DNA from: Eledone cirrhosa
Taxonomy: Eukaryota
Assembly: GCA_964016885.1 (NCBI GenBank)
Contig: OZ024749.1
Location: forward strand, 27,218,001 to 27,282,000
Length of the DNA: 64,000 bases
Direction of reading: 5' to 3'
Position 1 is the first letter of the stretch, and each line of letters opens with the position of its first letter. Both the position numbers and the translations under genes were made by a program. The notes beneath the pieces are model-generated. The model saw nothing but the letters and a program-made list of their open reading frames with translations, ran no database searches and was not told the origin of the DNA. Below are positions 25,811 through 38,962 of this stretch, in pieces.

Positions 25811-26200
25811 ATCAACCCCAGTACTTTACTGGTATTTTATTTTATCGACCTCGTAAGGATGTAAGGCAAAACTAACCTCAGTGAGGTTTGAACTTAGAAC
25901 ATAAAAAGCTGTAACTATATGCTACAAAACATGTCAAATGCTCTACAAATACTGCCAATCCACTGCCCTCTATCTTCTATTTAATAATTGTTTCTACTTT
26001 AGGGACAAGGCCAGCAATTAGAAGTGGGAGGGGGAAAATTGACTGAATTGATTCAGTGCATTACTGGTACTTTATTTTATTGACTCCGTAAGGATGAAAG
26101 GCAAAGCTAACCTCAGCATTTGAACTCAGATCAAAAGGAGCATAACTCTATGCCATAAATGATATTGTCCAACGCTCTACTGATACTGCCAATCTACCAC
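25811..26200 (-). mobile_element. Two tRNA-derived SINE copies
   Basis: Reverse complement of the SINE consensus seen elsewhere in the window. Confidence 0.75.
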
Positions 26201-26241
26201 CCTACCTTGTGTTTAATAATAAAAACATTTTTATTATTATC

Positions 26242-26286
26242 AGTCACTGATGAGGTCACAGAGTGTGTGACGAAAGGACTATGACT
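26242..26286 (+). ncRNA. Minimal type-I hammerhead in a solo Penelope pLTR-like fragment (to ~26460)
   Basis: AGTCA-CTGATGA-G-GTCACA gagtg TGTGAC-GAAA-GGAC-TA-TGACT; downstream sequence resembles 3990-4190. Confidence 0.7.
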
Positions 26287-26589
26287 ATATATAAACAACT
26301 ATCTGGTTGTGGAACCAACCAACCAACCAGAAACTTATAAGTTTGTAGATTTGTAGGTTTATAAATTTATAAATTTATAAATATATAATAAATTGAAGTG
26401 AAAGCAACTGGTGCGTGTGTTTCTTATTGGCAACATGACCCTCCCAAAGTATAACAATATTTTTAAAATTCTTTCTTGGTATCTTTTTAAAATTATATCT
26501 AACATTTTTTAAAACTATTTGTAACATATGTATAATCTTTTTTTAATATTTTTATTTCTTCTCTGAAGTATTTTTAATAATCAGCTTGA

Positions 26590-26870
26590 CTTCTCCAAAT
26601 TGAGAGATCACAGCTCCGATACTATGAGCATGTGGTTAGAATGTCTCAGGAAAGAATCACTGGACAGATCTTATGGGCAAAACCAACTGGCAAGAGACCC
26701 AGGGGTAGACCCCGAGCAAGATAGTTGGATAACATCCGTGATCTTGGCTGGTCACGCTTGGGGATCCAGCCAGATCAGTTGAAGACAGTTGCTTCTGACA
26801 GGACCTGCTGGAAGGAGTGTTTGAGGACTCTGTCCCCACGACCCTCTCAGGAGGAATAAGCGGGCGAAGA
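26590..26870 (+). mobile_element. RTE-like LINE 3' fragment
   Basis: IERSQLRYYEHVVRM...GKRPRGRPR. Confidence 0.6.
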
Positions 26871-28850
26871 AAAAGAAGCTTCACTTTCATCAACAAGCTC
26901 TTTGTTTCTTTACAAAACTAGATCGAAAGGGAAAAGAAGGAAGAAAAACAAGCAAACAGAGGCTTGTATATCTGCGTTAAAAAATAATTGCCTAAATTTA
27001 AGATGTGAACTACTGGCATGGGTTAATTTCCATTGATTTTGTTTGATCAACAGAACAGCCTGCTCCACAACTAATGTTTAAGTGGCTGAGTATTAACGTG
27101 GCAAAGTGACAAAGCTAAGCATTCCCCAGGCATGCATGTCCATGATATAATTTTTAGTAAGTCAGTGTGTAACAAAGCTGGCCCTTTGAATTACAGGTAC
27201 AGTCCGCCTCTACAGTGTTGGCCCCCACCTCTCACACCATGCCACTCTCAATCTATATATAAATTTGAGCGACTTCCATGTGCCCATCACATAATATATA
27301 TGTGTGAATGTACGTGTATGTAAAAGGAAGACTGGGGGAGGGGGGTGAAAAACTAGTGCAAAACAGCAGCTGGCATTCCATTTGCTATGCTGTGTGTGAG
27401 TGTATGTATAAAGGTATGTGATTTTGTGTAAATATATGTGTGTGTTTATGTGAATGTATGTCTGTGAGTGTGTATTTTTGTAAGTGGTCTGTGTTTTCAC
27501 ATGTATATTTATATACTCATATATATAAACGTATGCATATGCACATACACACATACATGTCAGTGTGTTGAAAAAAATCCTAGTGAGATCATAAAGCATG
27601 GTTTGGATGCCCCAAGCTTCCCTTCCCTGCTTTAGCTGATGAGACTGGACTGAGGGGCAGCAGCACGCCAGATGGCATCATGATTTTTCTATTTCATGAT
27701 ACTAAGCCCTTCATCTTTGATGTAACATGCAGTGACAACTTCTCCTGTGGCAACCTGGTGTATTTAGTGACAAATCCAATCCTCACTGCCTGTCAAGTCA
27801 AAGTATCAGCCGCTCTCCGATAAGTTTGTCATTGAACTTGTAGCGGTGGAGACTTCCAACATATCTTGGTCACTAGATTACTTCCTTACCCACTATCAGG
27901 TCAGGGATAACCACTGGCATGAATGAGTCCCATGAATTGGGCTGGCTATCTTGGTCACTAGACTACCTCCCTACCCATTACTATCAGGTTAGGGTTAGCC
28001 TATGCATGAGTGAACTGGCTTGTCAAACATGTAGTGGTGAAGTCATCTGGCATGCTTGGTTCCCAATAAATTTTTTTTTTTTGGGGGGGGGGGGAGCAAG
28101 AGACTCCTAGTCTTCATTAAGACATCTCTCTAGGTGATGTTCATCATTTCATTTTACGTCCGCTTTTTCCCTGCTTGCAAGGGTGGGACGGGAACTGATT
28201 CTGGCTTGATTTCTACAGCTGGATGCCCTTCCTAACACCAACCTCATTTACAGTGAGTGCTGGGTGCTTTTTTGCTGTGGAACCTACACGACCACTTTGC
28301 AGTGGAATGTTATGGACCCCAGTCCCTATCATCTCATTTCTACAGCTGAGTAAACTGGAGCAATGTGAAATAAAGTGTCTTGCTCAAGGACACAACACAT
28401 CATTCTGATATAAAACCTGTGACTTTGTTTGCATCCAATGATGTAGACCAGTTCTTTTTCGGCAAATGTATTTGATGTCCAGAAAGTGGAATTGGACATG
28501 CGCAAAGCCTTTCCTCACTTAAAAAGGCTTCTAGCACAAGCATCGCTTGATATGTGATATTTTTTTGCAATGCATGGTATTGCTGGCCATAGGCAAGTCC
28601 CTAACAGGACTAAAAAGCTGTGTCCGTGATGCTCATGCTTAAGTATCAAGTGATGTCATTACTCGAAATTGAGTTACAGCCATCATGTATGTATATTTGT
28701 ATGTATGTATATGTATGTATGTATATGTATGTATGTATATGTATGTATGTATATGTATGTATGTATATGTATGTATGCATGGACTCATAACTCCTGGTGA
28801 AATCATATGGATGCCATATTGATGTATGGTGTTTCTTGGGCAGGAATTTT

Positions 28851-29452
28851 CAAAACCTGGCAGAGCTCATCACCTAACCAGGTCTGACCACAGTTGATTT
28901 CTTCCAGAGAAGAAGAGAGAGAGTGATAGAGATATAGAGAAAGAATCGACCCCAGTATCTCTTGCTCCACCCCAAAACCTGGCAGAGCTCATCACCTAAC
29001 CAGGTCTGACCACAGTTGATTTCTTCTAGAGAAGAAGAGAGAGAGAGAGAGTGATAGAGATATAGAGAAAGAATCGACCCCAGTACCTCTTGCTCCACCC
29101 CAAAACCTGGCAGAGTTCATCACCTAACCAGGTCTGACCACAGTTGATTTCTTCCAGAGAAGAAGAGAGAGAGTGATAGAGATATAGAGAAAGAATCGAC
29201 CCCAGAATCTCTTGCTCCACCCCAAAACCTGGCAGAGTTCATCACCTAACCAGGTCTGACCACAGTTGATTTCTTCCAGAGAAGAAGAGAGAGAGTGATA
29301 GAGATATAGAGAAAGAATTGACCCCAGTACCTCTTGCTCCACCCCAAAACCTGGCAGAGCTCATCACCTAACCAGGTCTGACCACAGTTGATTTCTTCCA
29401 GAGAAGAAGAGAGAGAGTGATAGAGATATAGAGAAAGAATCGACCCCAGTAT
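28851..29452. repeat. ~122-bp tandem repeat x5, derived from a dispersed repeat/SINE junction
   Basis: Unit AAAACCTGGCAGAG..CTTCCAGAGAAGAAG(AG)n..AATCGACCCCAGTA; a related single copy lies on the minus strand at 42175-42320. Confidence 0.9.
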
Positions 29453-29770
29453 CTGACTGATACTTGTTTTATCAAGCTCAAAAGGATGAAAGTCAAAATT
29501 GACCTTGGTGGGATTTGAACTCCCAGCTCAGAGACCCAGGATGACTACTGAAAAACTTTCTAGCTGACATTCTAACGATTTTGCCAATTTATCTCCTCAC
29601 ATATGCAATACAGGGAATTAAAAAAACTTTCAGTAATGAAAATATAAATTTAAGAGAACACAGGCTCAAAGTGGCAGGCGATGGGGGAACTCCCGCTGAG
29701 ACGAATGTCTCGGAGGTGTTCAGTGAACTGATCCGCCAGGCGACGTCCAGTCTGTCCAACATATGTTGTG

Positions 29771-31949
29771 TATTTTGAATGAACAAATAAAAGAGATATA
29801 GTAACCTATACATAATATAAAAGAGAGATGTTTGTTGGTTGGCTCCTTTGCGTATCACGCGAAAAAAACGAAAAGTGACAATCGGAAAATATGTACAGGA
29901 TTGGGATAAGAGTATATCCAGGAAAGTTTATTGATACTAATTTTCTAACACCAAAGAAGAAGAAAGACATACCACGTATGCTAACCAACCTGACTGCTAT
30001 TTCTAGCAGGTTGGGAATCAACCATAAGGGATTCTCTCTGCGAGTTCGTTGTCAGTGATGATCGTGTTTCGAGGCCTATGTCTCTGATTCCAACGGTGGT
30101 TTACACACACACACGCACACTCACACAGGCACACATACACACACACACACATATATATATACAGACACACACATATATATATATACAAACACATGAACAT
30201 ACATACACACTCCGTGCAGCGGAGTCTGTAGACAGGGCTGGAGGAGGTGCAGCAGAAGGCATGCTGGACAGAGAGAGAGTGGCCATTGGGACCCTCGACG
30301 GTGGTGGTGTTGGTAATGCGGGGGCAGGTGTGGCAGCAAGGTCTGGAGCAGGGAAGGGAACCGGGTGTATATATATATATCTATACTATAAAGCTGACGG
30401 TCGTATGTAACAAACCTTTCGCCAAATGCCTGAACCAAGCGGCACGAATTTGCACCATAGATGTAACTTTTTCCAAGTAAGAAAGTGAGGGTATTTTCGT
30501 CTACTAAATTTTGTTAAAAAATTCAAGATATTTTAGCGTTTATTTAAATATTCACTTCTTTAAAATTTTCAAATGTCAACACTTCCGGTTATACGATATT
30601 CCTAACGTCTTCACGAACCAAAGTATCATCTTCCTGTTTTCTTTCAGTTGCAACGTTTTTCAAAATATTTACTTCTGCGTTCACAGATTGATTTTTTTAG
30701 TTTCAGAAGATCCCGTTAAGGGTGAAAGCAGCGATTCTTTGCTTAAACTTTAATCTGTTATTTTAATATATATATAATTATATATTCGTGTACAGATATT
30801 TTTGCATATACAAAAACAAAATATAAACAAACGTATTTATTTCACGAAATCACAGACGGCTTATCGTCATTGTTACTGCCGATATGCCACCCAAAAAGTC
30901 CTAGCCTGGCCGCAAGATCAGATTTTCCAGAAGAAAAAATGTTACTAGAGCAACAGAGAGACTAAGCTTCACGATTACCAGCAACAAAGCTCAGGGTCAA
31001 AACCCTAAAAGTGGCTGGCCTTCATCTGGGAAAACCATGGTCAATTGTATGTAGGATGCTCTAGGGTGAGCTCGCCAAACAATCTCTTCATCTTTGCTCC
31101 CGAGGGCCGAACAAAAAATATTGTATACTCTGAGTAATTTATGTATTTTCTGTGACTTGAAATTTCCATTATGGTTGTACAAATTATTGTAAAGTTTGTT
31201 AAAAAATTTGTTCTCTGTTCAACCTTTATTGTTGTAACTATCAATTTTCTTTAATGTACTGGCTGCTGAACTGGGGAATCCTAAAAACTATTCAAACCCA
31301 ACATCAGATATGGTGCATATATCGCAACTATTCATATGTTTTAAACATTAGATAACGATTGCTGATGTATATTGTACGACAGAATTAGCTGAAAAATATT
31401 TTGAATGAACAAATAAAAGAGATATAGTAACCTATACATAATATAAAAGAGAGATGTTTGTTGGTTGGCTCCTTTGCGTATCACACGAAAAAAACGAAAA
31501 GTGACAATCGGAAAGTATGTACAGGATTGGGATAAGAGTATATCCAGGAAAGTTTATTGATACTAATTTTCTAACACCAAAGAAGAAAGACATACCACGT
31601 ATGCTAACCAACCTGACTGCTATTTTTAGCAGGTTGGGAATCTTTCATAAGGGATTCTCTCTGCGAGTTCGTTGTCAGTGATGATCGTGTTTCGAGGCCT
31701 ATGTCTCTGATTCCAACGGTGGTTTACACACACACACGCACACTCACACAGGCGCACACACACACACATATATATATATATACAGACACACACATATATA
31801 TATATACAAACACACGAACATACACACACACACACACACACACAATACACACACTGTAAACAAGACAATGCATTCAATACAGACGTTTTCTCTTCTGCCA
31901 GTCTTCTCTTATCATTTGTTAACCTTGGCGAAGCTGGGTACCTCAGCTA

Positions 31950-31950
<1 letters not shown>
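29771..31950 (+). mobile_element. Helitron-derived composite with an internal ~430-bp direct duplication (29771-30205 / 31397-31825)
   Basis: 3' end hairpin-like GGCGAAGCTGGG followed by CTAG|T at 31947-31950; shares segments with 36700-36859, 47976-48040 and 63745-64000. Confidence 0.55.
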
Positions 31951-32028
<78 letters not shown>

Positions 32029-32053
32029 TGTAATAAACAACATAAGGCAATTA

Positions 32054-32114
32054 TTTCATTTACCAGTGGTTTCTTAAAAGCAAAAACATTTTGCTTTCAA
32101 TCATCAGAATGAAA
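32054..32114 (-). ncRNA. Type-I hammerhead ribozyme
   Basis: Minus strand: TTTCATT-CTGATGA-TTGAAAGCAAAA tgt TTTTGCTTTTAA-GAAA-CCACTGG-TA-AATGAAA. Confidence 0.8.
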
Positions 32115-32224
32115 AAATCCTGGCGTATTTATTGACTTTGGATTTTAAAAACAAAAATGCAATCTACATGAAAGTGAGGCTGGAGAAGGAAGAAGGAAAG
32201 GAAAAATAAAATAAAAACACACAT

Positions 32225-32283
<59 letters not shown>

Positions 32284-32456
32284 TATATACATACACGCAC
32301 ACCCATATATATATATGTATATATATGCAAAAGTTCTATTTAAATTGTTGGGATACAACAAGCAAATATTTTTATAACTGATATAAAGCACTCGACAAGT
32401 ATTTGGAGTAGATATACGATATTAACAAATGGAAACTATATTTATAAAACCATATT

Positions 32457-32521
32457 TATTTCATTATACATATTTCAAGGATACCAAGTTAAATTATGGT
32501 ATGCCTTCATCAGACAAAATA
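32457..32521 (-). ncRNA. Minimal type-I hammerhead in pLTR copy 2 (repeat 32412-32593)
   Basis: Minus strand: TATTTTGT-CTGATGA-AGGCATACCA..TGGTATCCTT-GAAA-TATGTA-TA-ATGAAATA. Confidence 0.7.
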
Positions 32522-32717
32522 CAATATATACCAGTTTTATAAATAAACATTGACGTACCCTTTCAAAATGCGACCATTACTTTTGGACGACATCAGGATA
32601 CATATGTGTGTATATATACATCAGATACATATGTGTATATATATATATACACATACACATACATACACACACACATAAATATCAACATATGCATACACAT
32701 ACATACATATATACAAC

Positions 32718-32789
<72 letters not shown>

Positions 32790-33227
32790 TACACATACAC
32801 ATACATAGCCATACACACATACATATACATACATACATACACACAATCATACGTATATACACACGTACATACATACACATACATACACATACATACACAC
32901 ATATATACATGCATACATACGCATGCACAAAAATAGAAATATATACACACACCTCTACATACTCACACACACAAATAAATATAAGAAAAAATATATATAA
33001 TAATAAAAGGCATAAAAAAGAAAATAAAAACTATTATAAAGTTGACAGCGATACAGGCAACAGATAAATGAACAAACACACGTGGTAAGCAATACACACA
33101 AATGCACGTACACATACATACGTAAAAATAAATACATACACACACTCTCACACATAAATATACATATACAAATACACACACATACGCATACACATACACA
33201 CACACATATACATATATACACGCACAT

Positions 33228-33304
<77 letters not shown>

Positions 33305-33503
33305 TACAATCATAGCCATACAATTATACACATACATATACATACATATCACAAATACGCACAACCAAATACAAACACACACATATATATGTGTGTAAAA
33401 CTCATTCTTAGATAATTCATATGAACCTTATTTAACTCTAAAATAAATAAATATATATATATACGATATTAATAAATGGAAACTATATTTATAAAACCAT
33501 ATT

Positions 33504-33582
33504 TATTTCATTATACATTATACATTATACATATTTCAAGGATACCAAGTTAAATTATGGTATGCCTTCATCAGACAAAATA
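33504..33582 (-). ncRNA. Minimal type-I hammerhead in pLTR copy 1 (repeat 33459-33654); 7-nt unit triplicated near the cleavage site
   Basis: Same core as 32457-32521. Confidence 0.6.
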
Positions 33583-35764
33583 CAATATATACCAGTTTTA
33601 TAAATAAACATTGACGTACCCTTTCAAAATGCGACCGTTACTTTTGGAAGACATTTCAAGTTTAGCAAAATCCTATATTTTTCTGTGGTACACAAAGAAC
33701 AATTCTTTGTGCCCCTTTGGTACTCCCTCGAATGGTCTAAAATAGACCAATCGATAGAGTACGGGATGTTTTTGTCCTTGAATTCCCACACCTTACTTGC
33801 GAGGGCCGTTGTTGTTCGTTTATCGGAGTGTTTAAAAGAAGCGACATGTGCATAAAACCTGGTTTTAAACCTGACCTGGGTCATGCCGACATATCGCTCA
33901 CTCCTGGCTGACTGGTTGTTGATTAAAGGTGTTACTTTATCCTCATAAACGACAGATTTGGTGTTACATTTGCCCTGCAATGGGCATTCATCCGGCTTCC
34001 TGCAACTGCATCCTGGATTTGTTCTCCTATGATTTGAATTAGTGATCTTGGACTTCATAGATGGGCAACAAGAGTAACTGATCTTAACTACATTTCTATT
34101 AAATATCTTATAATATCTATGATTAGGAGGAAAATGTTTATCTAAGAGTTCAAGGAATTTCCTTCCTACATTAGTTTTGACAGTTAGAGAGAAGGAGGGG
34201 TGTAAACCAAATAATTTTCCTTTTCCTGTTATTGTGGTTATTTTTTTTTGGGGGGGGGGAGTAGGTAAATAATAAATTTGTTCTGTAAAACCGCTGTTTT
34301 TAAGGGCTTTATTATAATAAAGGGCTTTATTTAAAATGTCTATAGACGAAGATAAGGTAGAAATCCTACGGCTAATGTTGGGAATAAGACTATTAAAAAC
34401 TATAGGGGGATGGCAAGACTCTTTGTGTATATACCTAAGATTTTAATTAGGTTTATGATAAGGTTTAAAAGAGGCGGTAAGTAGATCAAGATTAATGTCA
34501 AGAAAGTTAGCATTGGTAAGGTTCGTATCTATAGTAATTTTAAGGTTAAGATTAGCAAAAGTATTGATTAAATCTTTACGGAATTTATCAAGGTTATGGC
34601 CGTTGGTGGTATGAGAAACTGCCAATCCGTCATCACGGTATAAACCGATATTATGGGAAGGAAATTTCTCTTTGAGGGTGTGGAGAAGGAATAATCCTAA
34701 TAAGTCACACATATCCGCACTGTCATATGAACCCATTGCAACATCAAAAGAGTTTTCAGGGTTTGACTTTTTAACCCAAATATTTTCATTAGCAAAGAGT
34801 AAAGTTTTTCTAGCATGAAAGATAATGTCTTCTTCTAATTTAGAAATATTAATGAAAGGTCTTGCAAACTCTAAGGCATTAGTTAATAAGGAAACAGTAA
34901 TAGAGGGGTAAAAATCAACAATATCAAATTGGGTAAATCTACACTTATTTTTACCGTGTATATTATTAAACCAAGAAATAACAGGGGAAGTATTGAGCCA
35001 CTGTGATAGGTCAGTCTTAGTTCTAATTTGGAGAATGATTTTTCTTAAGATTTTTTTACTTGCAAGGCCAACTTCGGATTTAGCCGGGTTAATCAGTTTA
35101 CAACTAGGTCGATTAGTAAAGTCTAATTTATGGTCTTTAAGGGTAATATATACTTTACGCTTAGCTAGGCTTTCAATCCGGTTGTCTATTTTTAAAGAAC
35201 TAGCTAGTTCTTTAGCTTCTTTATTAATAGTATTGTAGGTATTATTATTGTTGGTGATACTATTAGTTAAAAGTTGGTTATACAAAATACTATTAACTTC
35301 AAAGAGATTTTTGGTTTTATCAGAAAGAACAAAGGTGTTTGTAGAATTTTTAAAATTAGAAATATCGTTAGACAGTTTAGTTTGGAAATTATTATTGTAC
35401 TTACGAAATTTGATATCACTAATTAAATTAACAAGGTCTAAATCGAAGTTGGCCATGTCTTTAATTCTAGGTGGATATTTACGGGATTTTATGTCAAAAC
35501 AATCTTTAGTATCAGCACTGAATAGTCCATCGTAAACCATTGCCTTCCATCTCATTCTTTTAACGACTTGTTCGATTTTATCTATAAGCATTTTGGTATA
35601 AGTTGTGTTGGAAGGAGTAGGTATATTTTTGATTGAATAATCCAATTCATAAAGGTCCATGGTGTATGTTGGTTAAATTCCTGAAAACTGTAGAGTGCTC
35701 AACTAATCGGGCTGGAAAGTGCCAATCGTATATGTAATATAGAATATGCTTCAATCAATCCCGG

Positions 35765-35807
<43 letters not shown>

Positions 35808-35811
<4 letters not shown>

Positions 35812-36372
35812 GCGTAGTAGTTATTGTTAGAGGAAATAACACAAAATAGATGGTTTACTTTTGATATAAAATTTACTTTATTTGATATAAAAGTTAAAAA
35901 GAACGAGTTACAACGGTTGACGATGTTTTTGTTGTTACTTCGTCATGCTGGTGTAGTCTGTGGCCAGAGAAAATGAGAGCCTGTAAGACCAGGAGAGATA
36001 GAGAGAAAGGTCTGTACAAGTCTGTAGACCCCAGGGGTCTGTAGAAAGCAAATGCTTTACATAGTTATTCTCTAATGAACTGCTGCTCCGAACTGGTTTT
36101 GCTTGGTCTGCGAGTTGGAATGGCTCTTCCAGCGCAACTCCCTTATCATCCTCCTGGGAAACGCCTTCTCCATTCTTTCCGCTGGGGCTGTGGGGAGGCC
36201 AGCACGTGGGACCTCATTTGCTTACCATACGGAGAGATGGGGATGGCGAGAGAGATGGAGGTAATGACAATGGGAGTTCGGCTCTTCCACGTTCAGACCA
36301 TATCCTTGTGGTTGTGTTCACTAAGCCCTAGTGCAGTAATGGGATTGAGTTAAACTATGCAGCTATGTTTCA
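35808..36372. mobile_element. Possible solo LTR or MITE (TG...CA)
   Basis: Ends TGAAGCGTAG / CTATGTTTCA (8/10 inverted match); no clear TSD. Confidence 0.35.
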
Positions 36373-36439
36373 ATCGGCTTAATAATGAGAAAGTTATTTT
36401 ACTAAATCTCTTTAAATGTTTCATTATTTTCAAAATATC

Positions 36440-36699
36440 TGCATACAGACAGATATTATAAGGGCGCAACGTTATATCTATGTATCTATCTAAAAAGAAA
36501 GACTAAGAATTATAGAGAGAGATCGCTAAATCGCCTAATGCGGTCCCTAGGACATTGAAAATTTGAAATATTATTTGCTCAAAACACTCACAGGACCATA
36601 AGTATTACATGTGTAAAGTTTGAAAACAATCGGTTGGGTGGTTCTCAAGTTTTAGTGAGCTGACAGACAGACAGACATTCTCTGTTTTAGATATATAGA
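36440..36699 (-). mobile_element. 5' part of a non-autonomous Helitron (inverted relative to 36860-37120)
   Basis: Minus strand starts TCTATATATCTAAAACAG..(GTCT)n and is homologous to 36860-37120. Confidence 0.7.
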
Positions 36700-36859
36700 T
36701 ATATATATAATTATATATTCGTGTACAGATATTTTTGCATACACAATAACAAAATATAAATAAACGTATTTATTTCACGAGGCTCAATAAGGATAAATAT
36801 ATATCAAATATATAAGAACCCTAGAGCAAATCCCGAGTAACGCCGGGCCATTCTGCTAG

Positions 36860-37761
36860 TCTATATATATAAAACTGAGGATGTCTGTGTGTGTGTGAGT
36901 TCGAATCCCTAAAACTCGAGAACCACCCAACCGACTGTTTTCAAACTTTACACATGTAATACTTATGTTTCAGGCAGTGTTCTGAGCAAAAGAAATTTCA
37001 AATTTTCAATGCCCTAGGGACCGCATTAGGCGATTTGGCGATCTCGCTCTATAATTCTTAGTCTTTCTCTTTTTAGATAGATACATACTTATAACGTCGC
37101 GCCCTTATAATATCTGTCTGCATTACGTCACCCGCGTTACGTCACTTCCCTCGGGGTGTCTGTCTGTGTGTGTGTGTGTGTGAGTTTGAATACCTAAAAC
37201 TCGAGAAGTACGCAACCGATTTTTTTCAAACTTTACATGTGTATTACTTATGTTTCAGGGAGTATTATGCACATCAAAAATTCAACTTTTTTTTATCTCC
37301 TAGGGCCCGCATTAGGTGAAAAACTGCGTTTTATAAGATTTTTAGGGTTTTTTTGAGGCGTTACGACAGATCGATTTCCTTGAAATTGTAACTATATATT
37401 AGTCAGTCTCTTCTTCATACCCTAAGCAACGAAAATCCAACTTCCTTATGGCCTAGGGCCCGCATTAGGTGAAAAACTTCATTTTTTCAGCTTCTTAGGG
37501 CTTTTTGGAGGCGTTACGTCTAGCCGATTTAAAGGCATATTATGCACATGAAAAAAATTCATTTTCTTGATCCGCTGGGGCCCTCATTAGGTGAAAACCT
37601 GCATTTTTCCTGCTTTATCGAGAAAAATCTGAAAGATTATCCAGCCATCAGAGTATTCGGTTTATTTTCTTTACAGGCATGCAGTTTTTCCACGATTAGG
37701 TCTGTTGGCGGCCCGCGTTCCAAAATACCTTATTCCGTGCAACGCCGGATACCACTGCTAG
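36860..37761 (+). mobile_element. Non-autonomous Helitron, directly abutting another Helitron 3' end (CTAG at 36856-36859)
   Basis: 5' TCTATATATATAAAA; 3' CCGTGCAACGCCGG hairpin plus CTAG|T; internal subrepeats. Confidence 0.8.
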
Positions 37762-37945
37762 TATCGAATATACGAGATTTCGAAGTTATTTATTTTGAGA
37801 ATATCTTAATATCTCTATAGTTTCAGTTTACAGCCAAGTTTGACCAGAAAGAAGTGAGAGAATTCTGGCCAGATACAGCCGGTTTAAATGCCAAAGGGTT
37901 AAACATTTCTTTTTTAGATAAAATAATTTCTTTTACAAATCCTAG

Positions 37946-37970
37946 CACAATTTGTTGATTATATACTGAG
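37946..37970 (+). other. Putative 25-nt non-coding 5'UTR micro-exon of regucalcin
   Basis: TTTCTTTTACAAATCCTAG acceptor and GAG|GTGAGT donor; conserved paralog at 46510-46534; the first coding exon has an acceptor 1 nt before its ATG. Confidence 0.5.
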
Positions 37971-38044
37971 GTGAGTAAAATTTTTATTATCATTATTTAT
38001 TATAAATTTAAATTTTTATTATCATTATTTTTTTATTAAAACTG

Positions 38045-38458
38045 CGGTGGATTGGCAGTATCAGTAGAGGGTCGGACGCCATGCTTTGACGCATAGAGTT
38101 ACGGCCCTTACAATTCTGAGTTCAAATCCCGCCGGGGTTAACTTTGCCTTTCATCCTTACGAGGTCGATAAAATAAAGTACCAGTAATGTACTGGGTAAT
38201 TGCTGGCCTTGTGCCTAAAGTAGAAACAATTATTTTTATAAACAGCTCTGCATGCACTCGTCCAGTGTCCTTGCATTAATTGGCAGTATCGGTAGAGGGT
38301 CGGATGCCATGCTTTCCAGCATAGTTACGTCCCTTTACGATCTGAGTTCAAATTCCGCCGAGGTTGACTTTGCCTTTCATCCTTATGGGGTCGATAAAAT
38401 AAAGTACCAGTAATGCTCTGGGTAATTGCTGGTCTTGTGCCTAAAGTAGAAACAATTA
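38045..38458 (+). mobile_element. Two tRNA-derived SINE copies
   Basis: TGGCAGTATC A box, GAGTTCAAAT B box, Meta-like domain, AGAAACAATT tail; further copies at 39961-40112, 42028-42155, 46735-46945 and 59363-59546. Confidence 0.8.
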
Positions 38459-38867
38459 CTGACTAGTGGAGTTATGTGGAACAGTTGTCATTGCATGTAG
38501 GATAGACCCAGCTATCCACCAAGTCTGACTGAAGACAGACACTTTTCTCTTTGGTCAATCCCTCATCAACTTTTACAAGCTTCATTTGGAAAGGAAGGTG
38601 GGGATGGAGAGAGAAGTGCTGACCATCACAGGGTTAAACCCTCAGTTATTGTTGGTACTCATTTCCAGCCTGAAAATTGAACCCACAACATTTTTTATCC
38701 TAAGTCCAACACACTTACCACCAGGCCATGCACCTCCACAGGTTTTATTATGATTGCACTAAAGGAAAGGAACAAAATCACCGGAAAGTTATGAATTTAC
38801 AATTTCTTCTCTGTCTATGTATATATATTTATATCGCTCTATCTATCTATTTATCAATCTCTCTCTC

Positions 38868-38898
<31 letters not shown>

Positions 38899-38962
38899 GT
38901 CTCCACCTCTTTCTGTCTCTCACTCACCCCTCTCTCTCTGTCCTTCTCTATATCTCCACAGA

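Larger units (their letters stand above)
32412..35765 (-). mobile_element. Near full-length Penelope-like retroelement (RT plus C-terminal GIY-YIG) with tandem hammerhead-bearing repeats
   Basis: 34443-35660: FDIVDFYPSI, AMGSYD, LYRDDG, NFLD; reads on past one TAA as YIHKESCHPP; 33624-34058: CSCR..CPLQGKC, VVY..YVG, CSLC..EK; (TA)n at the 5' end. Confidence 0.9.

Noticed and set aside
27636-27700. CTGATGAG motif
   Set aside because: No matching GAAA or stems
28851-29452. CRISPR-like regular repeats (also 1055-2470)
   Set aside because: No unique spacers, no cas genes, eukaryotic context
38045-38235. tRNA-like A and B boxes
   Set aside because: SINE heads in many diverged copies, not tRNA genes
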